Positions 55,994-64,000 of a stretch of 64,000 nucleotides of DNA are shown here, in pieces. The stretch's first letter is position 1, and each line of letters starts with the position of its first letter. This DNA is from a virus, in the IMG/VR virus record IMGVR_UViG_3300025137_000028, positions 9,931 to 73,930 of that record; one strand, written 5' to 3'. Under the pieces are notes generated by a model that was not told the origin of the DNA, made no database searches, and saw only the letters and a list, made by a program, of their open reading frames with translations. Both the position numbers and the translations under genes were made by a program.

Positions 55994-57490
55994 ATGGAAG
56001 TTTCTAAATTTAAAGAGTTTATTAGTGAAGATAGAAGTATAGATAGAAAAGATAAATCTATTACTATTGCTATCATCACAATAGCAGATTCAAAAGACCC
56101 TAAAGAAAATACAACTGCTGATCTTATACAAAAAGCGTGTAAGAAAAAAGGCTTAAAATGTATTATTGTAAATACTAAATCTACAATCATAACAGATAAA
56201 GATGAAGATAAAAATACTTTAACTGTTTATAATTATGATGGTAAAAATAGTGAACACACTTTCACTGGTAAAGATACAATTTGTTTTACAAGAGGTGGTG
56301 CTTTAGAAGATGAAGCAGGACTATCTCTAATATCTTCATTTCAAAACTCACAAGCATTTATGTTAAACACAAGAGCGGCAATGCTTACTTGTGATAACAA
56401 ACTTACAGCTGCTTTGTTGTTTGAAAAGTTTGGGTTACCTACACCTAAAACATCTTATGTTTCTAATGAGAATAATATTAAGACTGCTTTAGATATGGTA
56501 GGCGGTAAATTTCCTGTGATAATGAAAACACTTACAGGTACACAAGGTGTTGGTGTTATTAAAATTGAGAGTTATGAAGGTCTAGTGGCAACTTTACAAG
56601 CAATGTGGAAACTAGAAGCAGAAATATTATTACAAGAGTATATGCCTTCTAAGTTTGATGTAAGAACGGTAGTAGTAGATAATAAAATATTTGCTAGTAC
56701 AAAAAGAACTCACAGCTCTTATGACTTTAGATCAAACACACATAGAGGGGCAGAGGCAGAACCATATACTATAGATGATGAAGAAAGAGAATTAATATTA
56801 AAGGCAGCCAGAGTTTCTAAAGCATATTATGTAGGAGTAGATCATATAATATTTAATAATAAACCATATCTATTAGAGATTAACGGTAGTCCAGGTTCAG
56901 GTGCTGATTACGAGGGGTATCAACATAGAGATTATTACGCTGACGCAGAGCCAGCAGGTAGAATTGATGGCGAAAAAGTAATAGAAAATTTAATTGATTA
57001 TGTTTCAGAAAGAAAAAATTGGGATAGACAATCACTTTTAGAAACTGGTTGGTTAGAAACAGTTGATTTAGATGAAGTGGGTAAAGTAAGAGTTAAGTTT
57101 GATACTGGTAACGGTTCAGCTGCTTGTGCCTTACACGCAGACAAAATTTTAGAAGATGGTAAGATTGTTAAATGGAAATATGATGGCAAGACTTATAGTA
57201 AACCTAGACATGGTACAAGTAAAGTGTTTAGATCAAATGCTACTAACGAACCATCAGAGGTAAGACCAACTATATTAATGGACTTAACATTTAATGGTTT
57301 TACATATAAAAATATAGAGATTGGTTTAGACCAAAGACCTAGATCAGGTTCAGACCTACTAGTCAATAGAGATTTAATGCGACAGATGAATATTAGTGTC
57401 AACCCTAATAGAACGTTTGTATTAAGTAAAAGAATAAGACCCATTGAAAAAGATGGTAAAAAAGATAAAATTGGCTTTGAAAAGAAATAA
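55994..57490 (+). CDS. RimK-like ATP-grasp ligase fused to a RimB-like retropepsin-type protease
   Basis: ATP-grasp motifs DNK, FPV..K..GTQG.GV, QEY, FRSN.HRG and EINGSPG; C-domain GWLETV...KFDTGN...RP...L..R. Confidence 0.85.
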   Translation: MEVSKFKEFISEDRSIDRKDKSITIAIITIADSKDPKENTTADLIQKACKKKGLKCIIVNTKSTIITDKDEDKNTLTVYNYDGKNSEHTFTGKDTICFTRGGALEDEAGLSLISSFQNSQAFMLNTRAAMLTCDNKLTAALLFEKFGLPTPKTSYVSNENNIKTALDMVGGKFPVIMKTLTGTQGVGVIKIESYEGLVATLQAMWKLEAEILLQEYMPSKFDVRTVVVDNKIFASTKRTHSSYDFRSNTHRGAEAEPYTIDDEERELILKAARVSKAYYVGVDHIIFNNKPYLLEINGSPGSGADYEGYQHRDYYADAEPAGRIDGEKVIENLIDYVSERKNWDRQSLLETGWLETVDLDEVGKVRVKFDTGNGSAACALHADKILEDGKIVKWKYDGKTYSKPRHGTSKVFRSNATNEPSEVRPTILMDLTFNGFTYKNIEIGLDQRPRSGSDLLVNRDLMRQMNISVNPNRTFVLSKRIRPIEKDGKKDKIGFEKK

Positions 57491-57494
57491 AACC

Positions 57495-57523
57495 TTGACA
57501 AGGACGATAAAGAGTGATATAAT
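57495..57523 (+). promoter_or_regulatory. Consensus sigma70 promoter of the gp43 operon
   Basis: TTGACA-N17-TATAAT with TG extension. Confidence 0.85.
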
Positions 57524-57546
57524 TAAACAATAATCAAGGAGATATA

Positions 57547-57864
57547 ATGCAAGAAGTGAAGTTATTAAGATTGACCACTGGCGAAGATGTAATTGCTAAA
57601 GTGGGTGAGAACGACCAAGGTGTAAGTTTACATAAACCATTTGTAATCATACCACAACAATCAGCACCAGGAAAACCTATACAACTTATGATGAGTTTGT
57701 ATAATGCGTTTGGTAAGAGTGATACAATTACTCTAGCAAAAGATAAGATTGTTTTTACTACAGAACCAAAAGATGATCTTGTAAAATCGTATGAGGCAAA
57801 TACTAGTACGATAATTCAATCAAAATCAAATCTAATTACAGAAAACAAACTACCTAAACTTTAA
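57547..57864 (+). CDS. Conserved hypothetical protein (Sm-like fold candidate)
   Basis: VKLLRLTTGEDVIA motif; AAGGAG SD. Confidence 0.7.
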   Translation: MQEVKLLRLTTGEDVIAKVGENDQGVSLHKPFVIIPQQSAPGKPIQLMMSLYNAFGKSDTITLAKDKIVFTTEPKDDLVKSYEANTSTIIQSKSNLITENKLPKL

Positions 57865-57866
57865 TA

Positions 57867-58202
57867 GTGATTACTGTTTACTTTGTAAGAGACGGCTCTA
57901 AAATACGAGTTGATGTTCCTGTGAACACAACTCTTATGGAAGCAGCTAAACAAAGTGATGTACCTATACATGAAATACCTGCTGATTGTGGTGGGTCTTG
58001 TGCTTGTTGTACATGTCACATCCATTTAACTGATCAATGGGTTGACAAACTAGGTAAAATAGATTATAATGGCTTAGAAACTAGTTTGATAGAATATGAA
58101 AAAAATTATGTAGAGGGTATAAGCAGACTTGCTTGTCAAATACAATTGAAACCTGAACATGATGGACTAATAGTGAATTTATTAAAACATGAACTTTTAT
58201 AA
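57867..58202 (+). CDS. fdx: 2Fe-2S ferredoxin (adrenodoxin/Fdx type)
   Basis: CGGSCACCTCH...SRLACQ; GTG start. Confidence 0.92.
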   Translation: MITVYFVRDGSKIRVDVPVNTTLMEAAKQSDVPIHEIPADCGGSCACCTCHIHLTDQWVDKLGKIDYNGLETSLIEYEKNYVEGISRLACQIQLKPEHDGLIVNLLKHELL

Positions 58203-60675
58203 AAATGTAATAGAACATCACGGCAAGTTGCTTGTTCGTGGCGTTAGAGACGGCAAAGACTATAAAGAAAAAATAGATTATAGTCCTACTCTTTATGCTA
58301 TGACACAAGAAGAAAGTCAATTTAAAACTTTACAAGGTCAAAACTTAAAACCTATTACTTTCGGTAATATCAAAAAAGCAAGAGATTTTAAAAGACATTA
58401 TAATACAGGTAACGCACCAATCTATGGTATGGATCGTTATCACTATCAGTACATATCAGATAAACATCCTAATGAAATTGATTTTAAAAAAGAAGCAATT
58501 AAAATATTTACTTTAGATATTGAAACTAGTTGTGAAAATGGATTTCCAGATGTAGAAAATCCTATTGAAGAAATACTTTGTCTTACTGTTAAAAATCAAT
58601 CTAATAAACAAATCATAACTTGGGGTACAGGTGAGTTTACAACAAGAAGAGAAGATGTTTATTATATTAAATGTAATACAGAAAAACAATTGATTATGGA
58701 ATTTATGAAGTTCTGGATTAAAAATTATCCAGATGTCATAACAGGTTGGAATACTAAATTTTTTGATTTACCATATCTAGTAAACAGAATAAGAATGTTA
58801 ACAGATGAAAAAGTTATTAAAAGATTATCGCCTTGGAATTTAATTGAAAGATCAGAAATAACTAGTTGGGGAAGAAACCAAACTGTTTATCATCTATTAG
58901 GTATTGTTATGTTAGATTACATGGATTTGTATCGTAAGTTTATACCTGCTAAGCCAGAGAGTTATAAACTAAATTACATAGGTAAAATAGAACTAGGTGA
59001 AGTAAAAGATGATAATCCATATGAAACATTTAAAGACTGGTATACAAAAGACTTTCAATCATTTGTTGATTATAATATACAAGACGTTGAGATTGTTGAT
59101 AAGTTAGAAGATAAACTAAAACTTATTGAACTTATATTAACTATGGCGTATGAAGCAAAGATCAATTATGATGATGTATTCTCACAAGTTAGATTTTGGG
59201 ATACTCTAATCTATAATCATCTAAGAAAAAAGAATATAGTCATACCACCTAAAGAAGATAATATAAAAGAATTTAAATATGACGGTGCTTATGTAAAAGA
59301 ACCTTTAGTAGGTTTACATAAATGGGTTGTGTCATTTGATATTAACTCTCTATATCCTCATTTAATAATGCAATATAATATTTCGCCAGAAAAAATTATA
59401 GGTGTTAAAAGTAATGGTATTAATGTAGATAAACTTTTAAATCATGCTACGCCACTTACACATTTAAAAACTGAAGGTGCTACTATAACTCCTAACGGTG
59501 CTATTTTCAAAACAGACAATCAAGGTTTCTTACCTGAGATTATGGAAAAGATGTATGGGGATCGTGTTGTTTATAAAAAGAAAATGATGATAGCAAAAAC
59601 AGAATATAATAAAACAAAAGACCCTCAACTATTAAAAGAAATTAGTAGATGTCATAATATTCAGTATTCTAAAAAGATAGGTCTTAACAGTGCTTACGGC
59701 GCTGTAGGTAATCAATATTTTAGATACTATGATGTAAGACAAGCAAGTGCTATCACATCAGCAGGTCAATTTGTAATTAGATATATTGAAAAATCTGTAA
59801 ATGAATTTATGAATGATATATTAAAAACACATAACAAAGTTGATTATATTGTTGCGTCTGATACAGATTCAATTTATTTGACTTTAGATAAACTTGTTGA
59901 AAAATTTTGTAAAGATAAAACTAAAGAACAAATTATAAATTTTATTGATAAAGTTGTTGATGGTAAAATTGAACCATTTATTGAAAAATGTTTTAAAGAA
60001 GTTGCTGAATACACAAATGCTTTTCAACAAAAAATGGTAATGAAACGAGAAGTAATCGCAGATAAGGGTATCTGGACTGCTAAAAAAAGATATATTCTTA
60101 ATGTGTTAGATGAAGAAGGTATTAGATTAGATGACCCTAAATTAAAGATTATGGGTATTGAGGCAGTTAGATCATCAACACCTGAAGTATGCCGAGGTAA
60201 AATTAAAGAATGTATTAAAATGATTATGACTAAAGATGAAGCAGACGTACAAAAGTTTATTGCTGATTTTAAGAAAGAATTTTTTACAATGAAAGCAGAA
60301 CAAATATCTTTTCCTAGAAGTTGTAATAATATTAAAAAATATAGAGATAGTAATAGTGTGTTTATTAAAGGTTCGCCTATTCATGTAAAAGGTGCTTTAA
60401 TTTACAATCATCAAATAAAAGAAAAAGGTTTAGATCATAAGTATCCTTATATTAATGATGGCGATAAGATTAAGTTTATTAAATTAATAGGGGCAAATCC
60501 ATTTAAGTTTGATGTAATAAGTTATGTTACAACACTACCAAGTGAGTTTAAACTACAAGATTATATTGATTATGAAACTCAGTTTGAAAAAACTTTTATT
60601 GATCCTATTAGTTTTATACTTAACTCTATTGGCTGGTCAGCTGAACCTAAGGCAAGTTTAGAAAGTTTTTTTTAA
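58189..60675 (+). CDS. gp43: Family B DNA polymerase gp43
   Basis: DIET exonuclease, SFDINSLYP, K...NSAYG and DTDS motifs. Confidence 0.98.
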   Translation: MNFYKNVIEHHGKLLVRGVRDGKDYKEKIDYSPTLYAMTQEESQFKTLQGQNLKPITFGNIKKARDFKRHYNTGNAPIYGMDRYHYQYISDKHPNEIDFKKEAIKIFTLDIETSCENGFPDVENPIEEILCLTVKNQSNKQIITWGTGEFTTRREDVYYIKCNTEKQLIMEFMKFWIKNYPDVITGWNTKFFDLPYLVNRIRMLTDEKVIKRLSPWNLIERSEITSWGRNQTVYHLLGIVMLDYMDLYRKFIPAKPESYKLNYIGKIELGEVKDDNPYETFKDWYTKDFQSFVDYNIQDVEIVDKLEDKLKLIELILTMAYEAKINYDDVFSQVRFWDTLIYNHLRKKNIVIPPKEDNIKEFKYDGAYVKEPLVGLHKWVVSFDINSLYPHLIMQYNISPEKIIGVKSNGINVDKLLNHATPLTHLKTEGATITPNGAIFKTDNQGFLPEIMEKMYGDRVVYKKKMMIAKTEYNKTKDPQLLKEISRCHNIQYSKKIGLNSAYGAVGNQYFRYYDVRQASAITSAGQFVIRYIEKSVNEFMNDILKTHNKVDYIVASDTDSIYLTLDKLVEKFCKDKTKEQIINFIDKVVDGKIEPFIEKCFKEVAEYTNAFQQKMVMKREVIADKGIWTAKKRYILNVLDEEGIRLDDPKLKIMGIEAVRSSTPEVCRGKIKECIKMIMTKDEADVQKFIADFKKEFFTMKAEQISFPRSCNNIKKYRDSNSVFIKGSPIHVKGALIYNHQIKEKGLDHKYPYINDGDKIKFIKLIGANPFKFDVISYVTTLPSEFKLQDYIDYETQFEKTFIDPISFILNSIGWSAEPKASLESFF

Positions 60676-61298
60676 TGAGAGTATTACCACTATTTTCAAA
60701 AGTCTTTTATGAGACAGTATTAGATTTTTCAGATGATGATTTAAATATGTTTAAGTCTGTTATTGACACTTATGATATAGAGAGATCAGGTACAAAATTA
60801 GATACAAGTAATAATAGTTTATCTATCAAAACAAAAGAACTATTTAAAAATCCTACGTTTACAGAGTTAGTAAAAAAAATAAGTGATGAGTTTCTATTAT
60901 TTCAAAATAAGTATATGAAATATACTAATAATAATTTTGAGATAACAACCTCATGGGCAACAATAACAAAACCTAAACAAGAGTCTAATTTTCATAATCA
61001 TTTTAATAGTATGTACAGTGGCATATTCTATATAAACACACCTAAAAATTCAGGTAATATAATGTTTGAAGACTATAGAGATAAAAGATATAACTTAGAA
61101 CCGAACGAACACAATGAATATAATTCACATGCTTTTACGTTTGTACCTAAACCTAATATGTTGATATTATTTCCTAGTGAAATTCATCATAAGATTTTAA
61201 AAAATAATTCAAAAGAAGACAGGTATTCAATAGCGTTTAATATGATACCTAAAGGAGACATAGGATATGCTGGAAGCGATTCTTATTTTAGGGATTAG
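60675..61298 (+). CDS. 2OG-Fe(II) oxygenase (TIGR02466-like)
   Basis: HNH.NS.YSGIFY and FPS..HH...RYSIAFN; paralog of 39398..40018. Confidence 0.85.
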   Translation: MRVLPLFSKVFYETVLDFSDDDLNMFKSVIDTYDIERSGTKLDTSNNSLSIKTKELFKNPTFTELVKKISDEFLLFQNKYMKYTNNNFEITTSWATITKPKQESNFHNHFNSMYSGIFYINTPKNSGNIMFEDYRDKRYNLEPNEHNEYNSHAFTFVPKPNMLILFPSEIHHKILKNNSKEDRYSIAFNMIPKGDIGYAGSDSYFRD

Positions 61299-61416
61299 TT
61301 TACATTGGGGATTTGCTACAGGTGGCATATTAGCAATAAGAACTGATTGGTCTATACCTAGATTTATATTAATATGTTTAATGATGAGATATTTTTTATT
61401 AAGTTATGGCTTTTAA
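61267..61416 (+). CDS. Small two-helix membrane protein (49 aa, not in ORF track)
   Basis: MLEAILILGISLHWGFATGGILAIRTDWSIPRFILICLMMRYFLLSYGF; AGGAG upstream; fills the gap. Confidence 0.55.
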   Translation: MLEAILILGISLHWGFATGGILAIRTDWSIPRFILICLMMRYFLLSYGF

Positions 61417-61942
61417 TACAAAAGACAAATATGGTGTAATTTATGCTGATCCTCCTTGGTACTTTAAGAGTTACAGTAAAAAAGGTGAAGGTAGAAATGC
61501 TACACAACATTATCCTTGTATGAACCTTGAAGATATATGTAAGTTGCCAGTTAGTGAACTTGCTAATGACAACTCTGTATTGTTAATGTGGGTAGTTGAC
61601 CCATTATTAGATCAGGCATTTAAAGTAATAGACGCTTGGGGGTTCAAGTACAAGACAGTAGGTTTTACATGGGCAAAAACAAATAGTAAGAGTTTAGGTT
61701 TCTTTACAGGTTTAGGATATTGGACAAGATCAAATCCAGAAATGTGTTTACTTGCTACAAAAGGTAAACCAAAAAGAAACAGTAAGAGTATACCACAATT
61801 AGTGGTTGAACAAAGGCAAGAACATAGTAGAAAGCCAGATATTATATATAACCATATAGAAAATATGTTAGATGGTCCTTATGTTGAACTCTTTGCTCGT
61901 AGAAAAAGAAACAACTGGCATAGTTGGGGCAATGAAGTATGA
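61406..61942 (+). CDS. MT-A70 family N6-adenine methyltransferase
   Basis: IYADPPW, HY.CM, WGFKY and HSRKP...ELFAR...W.SWGNE motifs. Confidence 0.92.
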   Translation: MAFNTKDKYGVIYADPPWYFKSYSKKGEGRNATQHYPCMNLEDICKLPVSELANDNSVLLMWVVDPLLDQAFKVIDAWGFKYKTVGFTWAKTNSKSLGFFTGLGYWTRSNPEMCLLATKGKPKRNSKSIPQLVVEQRQEHSRKPDIIYNHIENMLDGPYVELFARRKRNNWHSWGNEV

Positions 61943-62025
61943 CCTTGACATTAGCAATATTTTATAGTATACTACCCCTATTATTTGTATGTTTATTATT
62001 ATGGATGTGGAACAATGAAAAGTGA
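61939..62025 (+). CDS. Possible 28-aa hydrophobic peptide
   Basis: MTLTLAIFYSILPLLFVCLLLWMWNNEK; ATGA overlap with the MT-A70 stop. Confidence 0.35.
   Translation: MTLTLAIFYSILPLLFVCLLLWMWNNEK
61945..61973 (+). promoter_or_regulatory. Sigma70-type promoter
   Basis: TTGACA-N17-TATACT. Confidence 0.7.
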
Positions 62026-63310
62026 TTTATATAATGAATTAAAACAATATGCCAATGAAGACAGATTGCCTGTTGTTGATTCTATACAGTTTAAAAGATT
62101 AACAGATACTTACACTAAAGAAGTGTTTAGAGAAACACTATCTGAATATATCGCTACAGAAAAACCAAAATTTCCTCTTAGAACTATCTCATTTGAAAAG
62201 ATGAGAGAGATATTTTTTAAATTAAAAAACTTTGATACTTCTAAGATATGTACACCTCAAAATCAAAATCAAAATCCTGTATTAGAAAAATATGAAGATT
62301 ACAAGTATCCTTATAAAACTCATGGTCTAGGTTTGATAGAATCATCATCACAATTCAATGACGCTTCAAATTACTTTCACCAAGATTTAAGATTAGATTG
62401 TGGCACTTGGCAGTTTAAGTCACCTAGAAACACTTGGGAAAACGGCACACCTAAAGAGATATGGTCAACATTAGGTGGTTTATGGCGTGGTGTAAATAGT
62501 TCAAAAGATTTATCACCTGATAGTTATATAGAAGTTATAAGATTAGGTACATATATCGCAACACAATTTAAACCTGTTGTAGCAAAAACTATTTACGATA
62601 TGACAGAGGCAGAAAAAGTATTAGATACTAGTTGTGGTTGGGGCGATAGATTGTGTGGTTTTTATTCATCAAACGCTAAGATGTATATAGGTTGTGATCC
62701 TAATCCTTACACATTTGAAAGATATAAACAACAAGTAAGAGACTATGAAAAAATATTAGGCAATGATAGTGTTAAGATTACTGAAAAACCAGATATGTTT
62801 ATATCTGAGGGCAAAAAACAAGTGATGATATTTAATAAAGGTGCTGAAGATTTACCTTACGATAAACTACCTAAAGTTGATGTAACATTTACAAGTCCAC
62901 CTTATTTCTCTACTGAAAAATATAACGCAGGTGGTGATAAAGAAGAAAATCAAAGTTGGGCTAAGTTTGATGAGTACAATAAATGGCGTGATGATTTTTA
63001 CTTACCTGTGTCTAAAAAATGTATGGATATATCTAAGTTTATTTTAATAAACATTATGGATCCAAAGATTAAAAATAAAAGATATTATTCTAGTGATGAG
63101 TTAGTTGATAGTATACCAGATAAATTCATAGGTCAAATAGGTATGAAGATTAGACAAAGACCTAAATCAGATAAACTTTTTGAAAGTGAAGAAGAAAAGA
63201 GAGCATTTGAATCTGCTACATATATAGAAAACGTATGGTGTTTCGGTCCTAAAGAACACGACTTTTTTAAACATAGTAGAAAGGCAACACTTGATAGTTT
63301 TTTTGAATAA
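62015..63310 (+). CDS. DNA amino-methyltransferase (SPPY type), paralog of 42196..43275
   Basis: TQFKP..A..IYD, DTSCGWG.RL, YIGCDP and FTSPPYF motifs; ATG 62015 preferred. Confidence 0.85.
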   Translation: MKSDLYNELKQYANEDRLPVVDSIQFKRLTDTYTKEVFRETLSEYIATEKPKFPLRTISFEKMREIFFKLKNFDTSKICTPQNQNQNPVLEKYEDYKYPYKTHGLGLIESSSQFNDASNYFHQDLRLDCGTWQFKSPRNTWENGTPKEIWSTLGGLWRGVNSSKDLSPDSYIEVIRLGTYIATQFKPVVAKTIYDMTEAEKVLDTSCGWGDRLCGFYSSNAKMYIGCDPNPYTFERYKQQVRDYEKILGNDSVKITEKPDMFISEGKKQVMIFNKGAEDLPYDKLPKVDVTFTSPPYFSTEKYNAGGDKEENQSWAKFDEYNKWRDDFYLPVSKKCMDISKFILINIMDPKIKNKRYYSSDELVDSIPDKFIGQIGMKIRQRPKSDKLFESEEEKRAFESATYIENVWCFGPKEHDFFKHSRKATLDSFFE

Positions 63311-63317
63311 ATAGACC

Positions 63318-63346
63318 TTGACATGGTAAAGAAAATAATGTATAAT
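63318..63346 (+). promoter_or_regulatory. Consensus sigma70 promoter of uvsX
   Basis: TTGACA-N17-TATAAT. Confidence 0.85.
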
Positions 63347-63380
63347 AACAACATAAAAAGTGATAAGGAGATATTAGAAT

Positions 63381-64000
63381 ATGAGCAATTTTCTAAAAGA
63401 CATAATTAAAGAAACAGGTAATGAATATGCTACATTAGTAGCAGACGGTGTTGATTCAGCAGACGTAACAAGTTTTATAGATACAGGTTCATATTCATTT
63501 AATGCTTTACTATCAGGTAGTATTTACGGTGGTATGCCAGCAAATAAAATTACAGCAATCGCTGGTGAAGCTGCTACAGGTAAAACATTTTTCGCCTTAG
63601 GTATCTGTAAAGCATTTTTAGATAAAAACAAAGACGCTGGTGTTATTTACTTTGAATCAGAGGGTGCTATCTCAAAAGATATGATTGAGAGTAGAGGTGT
63701 TGATTCTAGTAGAATGGTTATCGTACCAGTTGCTACAGTACAAGAATTTAGAAGTCAATCAATAAAAGTAATTGAAAAATATTTAGAACAATCAGAGTCA
63801 AGTAGAAAACCTTTGTTGTTTGTATTAGATAGTTTAGGTATGTTATCTACTACAAAAGAAATGGAAGATACGGCTGCTGGTAAAGAGACAAGAGACATGA
63901 CTAGATCACAAATAGTCAAGTCAACATTTAGAGTATTAACATTAAAATTAGGTAAGGCTGGCATTCCATTGATTATGACCAATCACACTTATGATGTTAT
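63381..64000 (+). CDS. uvsX: RecA-like recombinase UvsX (3'-truncated, not in ORF track)
   Basis: Hand translation [11 protein letters not shown]...[15 protein letters not shown]...[10 protein letters not shown]...LDSLGML...DMTR; TAAGGAG SD. Confidence 0.95.
   Translation, partial: MSNFLKDIIKETGNEYATLVADGVDSADVTSFIDTGSYSFNALLSGSIYGGMPANKITAIAGEAATGKTFFALGICKAFLDKNKDAGVIYFESEGAISKDMIESRGVDSSRMVIVPVATVQEFRSQSIKVIEKYLEQSESSRKPLLFVLDSLGMLSTTKEMEDTAAGKETRDMTRSQIVKSTFRVLTLKLGKAGIPLIMTNHTYDV

Noticed and set aside
55556-57490. RegA-RimK readthrough fusion (TAA immediately followed by an in-frame ATG)
   Set aside because: TAA is an efficient stop and RegA is full length; translational coupling is the simpler explanation
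17679-60675. Introns, inteins or homing endonucleases in gp17, gp20, gp23, uvsW or gp43
   Set aside because: These ORFs are uninterrupted and of ordinary length, with no intein or HNH/GIY-YIG motifs noticed
61985-62014. Track start of the last methyltransferase at 61985
   Set aside because: Non-ATG start giving an odd N-terminal extension; ATG at 62015 is more plausible
1618-63982. Numerous minus-strand ORFs in the track (e.g. 7960-8550, 8557-9120, 19738-20199, 49036-49428, 63755-63982)
   Set aside because: All lie antisense to well-supported + strand genes, lack recognisable motifs, and are expected shadows of biased codon usage
1-64000. CRISPR array, tRNA, rRNA, integrase or transposase
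   Set aside because: No regularly spaced repeats, cloverleaf with T/D-loop motifs, or recombinase motifs seen by eye; tRNAscan-SE was not run

Overview
A 64 kb, AT-rich segment of a T4-like myovirus genome with every credible gene on the + strand. Gene content and order (bS21, Hsp20, CobS/T-like pair, peptide deformylase, ferredoxin, many 2OG-Fe(II) oxygenases) and an alphaproteobacterial-type LexA box point to a marine phage resembling the SAR11 myophage HTVC008M; the host is inferred, not shown. The left half is the virion module: gp8, a VrlC-like protein, fibre-like proteins, gp13-gp23 and gp3. The right half is recombination, replication and transcription: uvsY, uvsW, gp55, gp47/46, gp45/44/62, regA, gp43 and a partial uvsX, interleaved with accessory genes. 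Main observations: (1) a dispersed candidate ribosome-takeover toolkit, made of an unannotated 35-aa ArfA-like ORF coupled to a YcfD/RoxA-like JmjC oxygenase, a RimK-RimB-like fusion with a capsid-targeting-like N-terminus, bS21, deformylase and RegA, alongside several predicted leaderless transcripts; (2) a Dam-like methylase next to a late, possibly virion-packaged PD-(D/E)XK-like nuclease, in a genome that visibly avoids TGCA and GATGC; (3) a large candidate base-modification repertoire: 11 2OG-Fe(II) oxygenases, a carbamoyltransferase, a GT-B glycosyltransferase with a wHTH-like tail, a PLP enzyme and 4 methyltransferases; (4) regulatory elements: an SOS box, a ROSE-like thermometer before hsp20, structured RNA around rpsU and an antisense promoter back-to-back with gp55. 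All calls are by-eye motif and synteny recognition; no searches were run.
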